DNA of 53,846 nt from Escherichia phage mEp554, in sequence record PP180005. One strand, given 5' to 3'. The position numbers and the translations under genes are program-made. The notes under the pieces were generated by a model. That model did not search any database. It was not told the origin of the DNA and worked only from the letters and a program-made list of their open reading frames with translations. Positions 43,281 to 51,169 of the stretch are shown piece by piece; positions within the stretch are counted from its first letter, which is position 1, and every line of letters begins with the position of its first letter.

Positions 43281-43298
43281 AAATGACAAGGTGATAAA

Positions 43299-44003
43299 AT
43301 GCGCAACATACCTACAGAGATGATTATTGATTCCGTCGATGCCGGAGTCGGCGCTGTAATTGACTTGTTTGAATTAGACCTCACGCCCCTGGGTGGCGAG
43401 GTTATCCGCTTCCATTCCGGCGCTAATGGCTATTACGGCCCGGTTATCTGGAAGGGCTTGGCTTACAACAGCTACCCGATCGAGGCTACTGGCTTCGAAA
43501 TGAAAAACGAAGGTGTTTACTCACGCCCACAAATGGTAGTGGCAAACATTGGCGGCCTAATCACTGGGATGAATAACGATTTTAACGACCTGCGAGGAAT
43601 GAAGGTTACGCGCCGCCAGGTGGAAGTAAAATACCTGGACGCCGTCAACTTCCCCAATGGCAACCCGGATGCAGATCCATCTATTGAGGCTGTATCTTTT
43701 TACGTCGTTGAGGCGATGAGCGAAGAAACAGCCGACCAGGTGCAATATGAACTGTCAACGCCAATTGACGCTGACAAGGCGGTTATTCCAGGGCGCACAA
43801 TCCTCGCTGACGTTTGCCAATGGCAATACCGTGGCGACGGTTGCGGATACAGTGGCGGCCCTGTAGCTACTGAAAAAGACGAATCGACCAGCGATCCTAA
43901 GCTGGATAAGTGCAGCCACCGCCTGAGCGGTTGCCGTTTGCGTTTTCCGCGCCCGAACCCGTTACCAATTTCATGTTTCCCTGGATCAAGCAAGGTCGGT
44001 TAA
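43299..44003 (+). CDS. Minor tail protein L
   Basis: 234 aa; C-terminal CQWQYRGDGCGY...CSHRLSGCRLRF cysteine cluster as in lambda gpL. Confidence 0.8.
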   Translation: MRNIPTEMIIDSVDAGVGAVIDLFELDLTPLGGEVIRFHSGANGYYGPVIWKGLAYNSYPIEATGFEMKNEGVYSRPQMVVANIGGLITGMNNDFNDLRGMKVTRRQVEVKYLDAVNFPNGNPDADPSIEAVSFYVVEAMSEETADQVQYELSTPIDADKAVIPGRTILADVCQWQYRGDGCGYSGGPVATEKDESTSDPKLDKCSHRLSGCRLRFPRPNPLPISCFPGSSKVG

Positions 44004-44005
44004 TT

Positions 44006-44737
44006 ATGGCACTTGAAGATAAAATGATTCGCTATGCGGCAGCCCACCAGGAAGAGGAAGTGTGCGGGCTGGTGATAGATAACGATTATTTTTACCCGTG
44101 CGCTAACGTGTCTGAAACGCCTCACAACAGCTTTAAAATCTCGCCTGACGATTATATCAAAGCTGACGAATTAGGCGTTATAACCGCCGTTTTTCACTCC
44201 CATACTGACAATTCGTTGATATTGTCAGCGCTGGATCGACAACAGCAGGTTATTTCCGGCATGCCGTGGTATTTGTGTTCCGGCGGCAGGGTAAGAAAAT
44301 TCCGCCCGGTGGCGCACCTGTTAGGACGTAAATTTGAACACGGGAAAGCAGATTGTTACTCGCTTTTCCGTGACGCATATCATCTTTGCGGCGTGGATCT
44401 GCCGGACTTTGAGCGCCACGATGGGTGGTGGCTGCGTGGGGAAAACCTGTACATAAAGAACCTGCCATTGCACGGGTTTTTCATGGTTGACGCTCAAAGC
44501 ATTCAGCCCGGTGATGTGATTATCCGTCAGCCATTTAAAGGCGCTGACCCATGCCACGCGATGATTTACCTGGGCGATAACACTGTTTTGCATCATGACA
44601 ATGCCGGACTGTTAAGCCGCCGCGAGCAAATGCGGCCCGCGTATGTTCGACAGACCAATTCAATATGGAGATCTGACAAATGCTCAAATTTAGATTTACG
44701 GGCAATCTTCGAAGATATTACGGCAAGGTGTGTTTGA
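44006..44737 (+). CDS. Tail assembly protein K (JAMM/MPN plus NlpC/P60-like)
   Basis: HSHTD JAMM-like motif; cysteine/histidine pattern; position after L. Confidence 0.75.
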   Translation: MALEDKMIRYAAAHQEEEVCGLVIDNDYFYPCANVSETPHNSFKISPDDYIKADELGVITAVFHSHTDNSLILSALDRQQQVISGMPWYLCSGGRVRKFRPVAHLLGRKFEHGKADCYSLFRDAYHLCGVDLPDFERHDGWWLRGENLYIKNLPLHGFFMVDAQSIQPGDVIIRQPFKGADPCHAMIYLGDNTVLHHDNAGLLSRREQMRPAYVRQTNSIWRSDKCSNLDLRAIFEDITARCV

Positions 44738-45210
44738 ACGTTGATACACCAGCCCAGGGACTTGGCTTGCTGGTTGCGCAGAATCATGAGTTCAAAAAGG
44801 CGTTTTTAAGCACCCCGTTGCGTTTACGAATTGCCGGGAAAGATTATGACGAAAAGACCGCGCCCGCAGCGGTTAATAGTAAATATCCAGATGGTACTAC
44901 CGTCATTGTTGCGCCAGTGGTGGAAGGTGGTATTGCAGGGATTGGCGTTGTAGGCTGGATTTTGATCGGTGTTTCGGTTGTTAGCGTTGCGTTCTCGATC
45001 TTCATGTCTCGCAATATGAAGATAAAAACATCAGCAGAAAGCGCACAAGATAACACCATATCTAACAACACATACACCAGCGTTGAAAACAAGGTTGGCC
45101 AGGGTAGACCAGTGCCGATCCTGTTGGGTGAAATGAAAATAGGTTCAAACGTCGGATCGTTAGGCATAGACACAAGTAACAACAAAGACGCCTTAGACGT
45201 TGTAAGTTAA
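44680..45210 (+). CDS. Tail assembly protein I
   Basis: 176 aa; hydrophobic central segment; position between K and J; overlaps K by 58 nt. Confidence 0.65.
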   Translation: MLKFRFTGNLRRYYGKVCLNVDTPAQGLGLLVAQNHEFKKAFLSTPLRLRIAGKDYDEKTAPAAVNSKYPDGTTVIVAPVVEGGIAGIGVVGWILIGVSVVSVAFSIFMSRNMKIKTSAESAQDNTISNNTYTSVENKVGQGRPVPILLGEMKIGSNVGSLGIDTSNNKDALDVVS

Positions 45211-45224
45211 CAGGAGAAAAGGCC

Positions 45225-48200
45225 ATGAGTAGCGGCGGCGGCAAAGCCAAAACACCAACATTATTAAACGATAACCTGTATCATAAACAGTTTTATCGTG
45301 TTTTAGACATTCTCAGCGAGGGGCCGATATACGGACCTGTAAACCAGAAAGCGCCATTAAACAGCGTAATGCTTAATGACACGCCTATCACTGACGCCAA
45401 CGGTAATACATCAGTCCCCGGCGTTAGCGTGGCGTGGCGCAATGGTACTGCTGACCAGTCACCAATCAACGGCTTCAACGCCATTGAATCAACCGTTATT
45501 GTCAACGCAAAAGTAACTCACGATACGCCAATAATCAGGACCGTTTCAGATCCAAACGTTAACCGCGTAAGGCTGAATCTTGGCGTTGATTCTCTGGTTC
45601 AGTCAGATGATAAGGGCAATCAATACAATACATCAGTTACGTTGATGGTTGACGTTAAGCCTTCATCTTCAACAACGTGGTCACTGGTTAAGGATATTCA
45701 CATTGGCCCGGGTAAGCAAAGCGGCGAGTACCTCGAAGCGCACATCATCAAAGCACCGGATGAAAAACCGTTTGACATTCGCGTTCGTCGCGTAACGCCG
45801 GACAGCACTGGCGATCTACTTCACAATGATACCAGGTGGAGCAGTTACAGCGAGATAATCGACGATAATTTGTCTTATCCTCATACCGCTGTAGCAGGCG
45901 CGGTAATTGACCACGATCAGTATACTGACACGCCGACACGTACTTATCACATGCGCGGCCTTATTGTTGACGTGCCTGATAACTACGACCCGGAAACGCG
46001 CACGTACTCAGGTTTATGGCTTGGTGGCTTTAAAAAGGCGTACACCAACAACCCTGCGTGGCTTTTCCGGTATCTGGTTAAAAATGAACGCTTCGGGCTT
46101 GCCCGCCACGCTGGTTACATCGACGTTGATGACGGCGCACTGTATACGCTTTCTCAATACTGCGACCAGTTGGTAAACGACGGTTACGGCGGCCTTGAAC
46201 CACGCATGACGCTTAACGCTTACATCACGGAGCAAATGAGCGCCCGCGACTTGCTGGATAACATTGCAGGCATGTTCCGTGGTATCGCATTATGGGACGG
46301 GCAGCGCCTTACGGTGATGATTGATGCACCGCAGGATCCAATTGCCACCATCACAAATGCAAACGTTGTTGATGGTGCGTTTACTCGTTCAAGTATCGCC
46401 CGCGCAGAATCTTACAACGCCGTGATTGTGTCATGGACTGACCCGGAAAACGGTTGGGAACAATCAAAAGAATACGTGGCAGATGATGAACTGATCGCCC
46501 GCGATGGTTACAACGAAACCACGTTGGAGGCTTTCGGTTGCACGTCACGCGGGCAGGCGTACCGCGCTGGCAAATGGCTGATAGAAACAGCAAAACGCGA
46601 ACCCTCAAAATTCACGTTTAAAATGGCCCGTGACGCAATTCACTTCACACCAGGGGATATTATCGAGATACTCGACAATAACCGCGCAGGCGCTCGTTTA
46701 GGCGGTCGCATAGTGGCGAATAATGGGAAAGTTATAACTGTAGACAAAGTTGATTCTGACCTGGTGGCGGCTGGTGACACTATCAGCTTACTGGACAGCG
46801 ACGGCAAGTTTAAAAAACATCAGATCACTGGGGTTAACGGAAACAATATTACCCTTGCGTCAGCGCCCGCATGGATTCGTAACGGAACCGTGTTTGCTGT
46901 ATCGACTGAATCTGCAAAACCCGTTCTGTGTCGAATTACCAGCGTAGCGGAAACCGAAAACAACAGCGTGTACACCATCGAGGCTGCACAGCACGATCCG
47001 CATAAACAGGCTGTAGTTGATGAAGGCGCAATCTTCGAGGTAAACAACGACACGCTTAATCACTTCCGCGTGCCGAACATTGAAAATCTGAAGGTGTTAA
47101 ACGTTGGTTCTGAGACAGTACAATGCCGCGCAACATGGGAAACACAGACGACAACGCATCGCCTGACCTTTGAAATACGCGTATATAACACCGAAGGCCG
47201 CATTGTGGCAACTTATGAAACCACGAATTACCGCTATGATTTTTATGGCCTCGACGCTGGCAGCTACACTATTGGTATTCGCGGGCGTAATGACACTGGC
47301 ATGAAGGGTGCGGAAAGTATTGTGGACCTGGTTATTGGTGCGCCAGCGGCCCCGATTGGAGTCAATTGGGTTCCTGGTGTCTTCCAGGCAACGGTATATC
47401 CGATCAGCAAAACAACCCTGACCACTGACACGGCATATGATTTCTACTACTCAGGTGAAAATCAGATCACTGACCCGTCAAAAGTAACCACGCTGGCACA
47501 GTTTACCGGGCGCGGCTACCAATGGACTTTTGGAGGCATGAACACGGGACACACCTATTACGTTTATGTGCGCACGCGTAATGCCTTTGGTGTGTCAGAC
47601 TTCGTTGAGGTATCAGGTAAACCAACTGAAAACTTCGATGAAATCAGCGACTACGTGATGAAGGATGTCATGGAGTCAGAACAGTTCAAAGATATGATTG
47701 GCGACATTAAAGATCTTGGCGACCGCGCTGATCTTATCGAAAGCGCTACAAATGACCTGAAAAACGCTACTGACAACCTCAAAACTGCAACTGATAACCT
47801 GACAAACATCACTGACGATTTGAGGGTTGAAACTGACAACCTGACAAACATCACTGACGAATTGAGGACTGATACGGACGGCCTAATCACAGAAACAGGG
47901 GCCATAAAAGCTGACACAGACACACTGAAAAAAGAAACGGAAGATCTCTATAAAAAGGTTGAGGAAAACGCCGACGATATTGGACAGCATGAGGCAAGAA
48001 TAGATTCTCTTGAGGTATCTAGCGAAAAAGTTGGCAGTGAACTGGCGCAAGCAAAAGCAAGCCTGCAAAACGCGTCATTGGCGCTTATCAACAACTCCCT
48101 TGCTCAGACCAACACGCGGGTTACTCTCACTGCACAGTACAAGAAAGGCAGGACAGAGACGAAGGCTGAAATTGACCGCATCGACAACGTTATTGCTGAA

Positions 48201-50711
48201 GAGAAAAAGGCTACAGCGGAATCACTGGAAACCATCACAGCAGAAATGAACACGATGGATTCTAATCTTAAGGGTCAGATCTCCAACGTGGAACGCGCAG
48301 TGGCTGACGAATCAAGCGCCCGCGCTGAAGCAATCAACGGCGTTAACGCATCAATAAGCAATCTCGACAAGAAAACCGACGCCAGCGTCAATAGACTTGA
48401 TCAGGCCATCGCAGACGAAACGAACGCCCGCACACAGGCAGTCAGTGACGTTAACGCGAGTGTCTCATCGCTAGACAAGAAAACTGACGCCAGCGTGAAA
48501 CGCCTGGATCAAGCAATAGCAGACGAAACCAGCGCAAGAACTGAAGCCATCAGCGGTGTGAATGCGTCAATTTCCACGCTTGATAGCAAGGTAACAAGCA
48601 ATGTAACGCGCATAGATAAATCTATCGCCGACGAAACGAAGGCCCGCACTGACGCAATCAGCGGGGTCAAAGCAAGTATTGACACACTTGAAGGTAACAC
48701 CAATTCAGAAGTTAAACGCCTTGATCAGTCGATTGCCGACGAGGCCAGCGCCCGCGCCCAGGCTGTGAGCGATGTTAAAGCATCAATAAGCAACCTTGAA
48801 AGCAAAACTGACGCCAGCGTTTCACGTCTCGACAAGGCAATTGCAGACGAAACACAGGCAAGAAGCGCTGCAATAACAGATGTTAAGGCTGATTTGACAA
48901 CGCTTGAAAACAGCACAAACGCCAGCGTTAAACGTTTGGATCAGGCTATTGCAGACGAATCAAGCGCCCGCGCTGAAGCAATCTCAGGCATTAACGCGGA
49001 GATCGGCAGCATTGAAAATAGCGTTGACAAAAACAGCGATGATATAAATCAGACAAAAGCAAGCCTGCAAAACGCATCTATTGCTCTGATTAACAACTCA
49101 ATCGCTCAAACCAACACGCGTGTTACGCTTACGGCCCAATACAAGAAAGGACGCAAAGAAACCAACGCGCAAATTGACCGTATTGACAATGTTATCGCAG
49201 AAGAGAAAAAGGCTACAGCCGAATCAATTGGCGTGGTAAAAGCATCGATCACGGATCTTGATAAGAAAACCGATGCCAGCGTTTCGCGTCTCGATAAAGC
49301 AATTGCAGACGAAACCAACGCACGCAGCCAGGCGGTGAGCGACGTTAACGCAAGCATTTCAGCGCTCGACAAGAAAACCGATGCCAGCGTTAAGCGTCTG
49401 GATCAAGCTATTGCAAATGAAACCAGCGCACGCAGCGAGGCAATCAGCGGCGTGAATGCAAGCATTAACACCCTTGAAAGCAACACCGAATCCGAAGTTA
49501 GCAGACTGGACCAGGCAATTGCTGACGAGGCCAGCGCCAGAGCGCAAGCCATCAGTGGTGTGAATGCGTCAATTTCAACCCTTGATGGCAAGGTTACAAG
49601 CAACGTGACCCGCATCGACAAAGCCATTGCAGACGAAACGAAGGCACGCACAGACGCAATCAGTAGCCTCAATTCATCGCTTACCAGTACGATTAACTCG
49701 AAGGTGTCTGAGGTATCAACGGCGCTTTCTACACATGAAGCATCAAGCGCGGAAAAATTCGGCCAGATCTCAGCGTCTTTCGAATCTGTAAACTCAAGTA
49801 TTACAGAATGGTCGCAGGCTATGGCAACGGCTGACGAGGCATTGTCAACCAAAATTGATCAGTTAACAGTAACCGTTAACGGTAACAAAACGGCGATCGA
49901 GACGACATCGAACGCGCTAACCGATTTCAAGGGTAACGTTGATGCGTCGTATTCCATCAAGCTGGCAACCGATAACAACGGCATGAAGTACGCTACAGGT
50001 ATGTCGCTTGGCCTGACTGGTAACGGTACAAACTTTCAATCGCAGTGTATTTTCCTTGTTGACCGCTTCGTGTTAATGACAGCAGCAAACGGCACATATA
50101 CAACGCCTTTCTATATGTCTAATGGTGCAATGTATGTGAAAGAAGCGTTTATTAAAAACGCATCAATAGGAGAAGCCAAAATTGCAAACGCTGCAATCAC
50201 ATCAGCCAAAATCGCACAGCAAATACAGTCAACAGAATTTGTTAAAAACTCAAAAGGCTGGATGATTAACAAAGATGGGTGGGCTGAGTTCAATAGCGTT
50301 ACGGTGAGGGGTACTGTGTATGCTACGGACGGTAAGTTCGCCGGTTCACTTGAGGCGAAAACCTTTATCGGTGATGTTGCAAATATGTATACAGGAGGTG
50401 ACGTTAGCAGGTTAAATGATGGCGTACTGGAAAAAACAATTACATACAACGATACATCTAACGCAGCGTACAGACGACACATCTGCGTTATGGCAAACGT
50501 TAAAGGTTTTGGTGGCTGTACAATAACTATCGGAAGTTCAGAAAAATCCCTTTCTATGAGTGGAGACGAACGCCTTGTCATGCATTCAGCGGCAATAACT
50601 ACCAGTGGCGTTACAGTTAAAATTAAGGTATCCGCTCAAAATGGTAGGGGTGCATATATAAATTCGCCGACCGTCATTGTGTCGCGCGGTTCTGGTTCAT
50701 TCTCAGGATAA
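45225..50711 (+). CDS. Host specificity protein J-like tail tip / central fibre (1828 aa) with internal repeat expansion
   Basis: Lambda J-like N-terminal 800 aa; long coiled-coil repeat stalk; AGGAG SD. Confidence 0.9.
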   Translation: MSSGGGKAKTPTLLNDNLYHKQFYRVLDILSEGPIYGPVNQKAPLNSVMLNDTPITDANGNTSVPGVSVAWRNGTADQSPINGFNAIESTVIVNAKVTHDTPIIRTVSDPNVNRVRLNLGVDSLVQSDDKGNQYNTSVTLMVDVKPSSSTTWSLVKDIHIGPGKQSGEYLEAHIIKAPDEKPFDIRVRRVTPDSTGDLLHNDTRWSSYSEIIDDNLSYPHTAVAGAVIDHDQYTDTPTRTYHMRGLIVDVPDNYDPETRTYSGLWLGGFKKAYTNNPAWLFRYLVKNERFGLARHAGYIDVDDGALYTLSQYCDQLVNDGYGGLEPRMTLNAYITEQMSARDLLDNIAGMFRGIALWDGQRLTVMIDAPQDPIATITNANVVDGAFTRSSIARAESYNAVIVSWTDPENGWEQSKEYVADDELIARDGYNETTLEAFGCTSRGQAYRAGKWLIETAKREPSKFTFKMARDAIHFTPGDIIEILDNNRAGARLGGRIVANNGKVITVDKVDSDLVAAGDTISLLDSDGKFKKHQITGVNGNNITLASAPAWIRNGTVFAVSTESAKPVLCRITSVAETENNSVYTIEAAQHDPHKQAVVDEGAIFEVNNDTLNHFRVPNIENLKVLNVGSETVQCRATWETQTTTHRLTFEIRVYNTEGRIVATYETTNYRYDFYGLDAGSYTIGIRGRNDTGMKGAESIVDLVIGAPAAPIGVNWVPGVFQATVYPISKTTLTTDTAYDFYYSGENQITDPSKVTTLAQFTGRGYQWTFGGMNTGHTYYVYVRTRNAFGVSDFVEVSGKPTENFDEISDYVMKDVMESEQFKDMIGDIKDLGDRADLIESATNDLKNATDNLKTATDNLTNITDDLRVETDNLTNITDELRTDTDGLITETGAIKADTDTLKKETEDLYKKVEENADDIGQHEARIDSLEVSSEKVGSELAQAKASLQNASLALINNSLAQTNTRVTLTAQYKKGRTETKAEIDRIDNVIAEEKKATAESLETITAEMNTMDSNLKGQISNVERAVADESSARAEAINGVNASISNLDKKTDASVNRLDQAIADETNARTQAVSDVNASVSSLDKKTDASVKRLDQAIADETSARTEAISGVNASISTLDSKVTSNVTRIDKSIADETKARTDAISGVKASIDTLEGNTNSEVKRLDQSIADEASARAQAVSDVKASISNLESKTDASVSRLDKAIADETQARSAAITDVKADLTTLENSTNASVKRLDQAIADESSARAEAISGINAEIGSIENSVDKNSDDINQTKASLQNASIALINNSIAQTNTRVTLTAQYKKGRKETNAQIDRIDNVIAEEKKATAESIGVVKASITDLDKKTDASVSRLDKAIADETNARSQAVSDVNASISALDKKTDASVKRLDQAIANETSARSEAISGVNASINTLESNTESEVSRLDQAIADEASARAQAISGVNASISTLDGKVTSNVTRIDKAIADETKARTDAISSLNSSLTSTINSKVSEVSTALSTHEASSAEKFGQISASFESVNSSITEWSQAMATADEALSTKIDQLTVTVNGNKTAIETTSNALTDFKGNVDASYSIKLATDNNGMKYATGMSLGLTGNGTNFQSQCIFLVDRFVLMTAANGTYTTPFYMSNGAMYVKEAFIKNASIGEAKIANAAITSAKIAQQIQSTEFVKNSKGWMINKDGWAEFNSVTVRGTVYATDGKFAGSLEAKTFIGDVANMYTGGDVSRLNDGVLEKTITYNDTSNAAYRRHICVMANVKGFGGCTITIGSSEKSLSMSGDERLVMHSAAITTSGVTVKIKVSAQNGRGAYINSPTVIVSRGSGSFSG
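47750..49690 (+). repeat. Tandem repeats inside J: short TDNL-type repeats, then about twelve 96-bp units (DKKTDASVxRLDQAIADETxAR...) arranged as a duplicated block of about 1 kb
   Basis: Directly visible periodic DNA and protein repeats; linker QNAS(L/I)ALINNS(L/I)AQTNTRVTLTAQYKKGR occurs twice. Confidence 0.8.
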
Positions 50712-50719
50712 AAAAACAA

Positions 50720-50744
50720 CCCCGCTTCGCGCGGGGTTTTCTTT
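50720..50744. terminator. Bidirectional rho-independent terminator, copy 2 of duplicated module
   Basis: CCCCGC-TTCGC-GCGGGG hairpin plus T-run; follows J and the convergent lipoprotein gene. Confidence 0.65.
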
Positions 50745-50992
50745 TAGTAGTTGGCTACACAGTTCGACGGGCTACCGATGCGGCGCATATTGTGATCGAG
50801 TTCATGACACCATTGCCCAGTATACGGCAGTTTTTCAGTGTCATAGACAAGATGACCACTACCATCATAAACAATATCATGTGGAATTACTCCGCTATTT
50901 GGCAGGTTGTGCAATGCGGCCTCTTTGTCAACAGCACAGCCAGTAAGAGCAACAGCCGCAGCGAACAAAACCACTTTGAACACGTTTTTCAT
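50744..50992 (-). CDS. Small lipoprotein (82 aa), opposite-strand moron between J and side tail fibre
   Basis: MKNVFKVVLFAAAVALTGC lipoprotein signal with LTGC lipobox. Confidence 0.6.
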   Translation of the reverse strand: MKNVFKVVLFAAAVALTGCAVDKEAALHNLPNSGVIPHDIVYDGSGHLVYDTEKLPYTGQWCHELDHNMRRIGSPSNCVANY

Positions 50993-51169
50993 TTTTGAAT
51001 CCTCATTCTTGTTGGTTCATCCGGTTTATCCGGTGGCTTAAATATCCGACAAAACCACATTTCGTATATTGATATAAATCAACAAATACATTTTGTGTAA
51101 GCAGAAAATGCAACAAAGATCACAAAATGGTAGAATTATTCCGTTAATTAACATAATGGAGTCATTGCA

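Noticed and set aside
44680-44737. 58-nt overlap between tail genes K and I as a possible frameshift or annotation error
   Set aside because: Both ORFs are open with plausible starts (GGAGA SD for I); overlap of adjacent tail assembly genes is common; kept as two genes.
48509-49852. Several minus-strand ORFs (48509-48703, 48725-48916, 49106-49372, 49403-49852) within J
   Set aside because: Artefacts of the periodic repeat region read in antisense; repetitive Ala/Ser-rich products.
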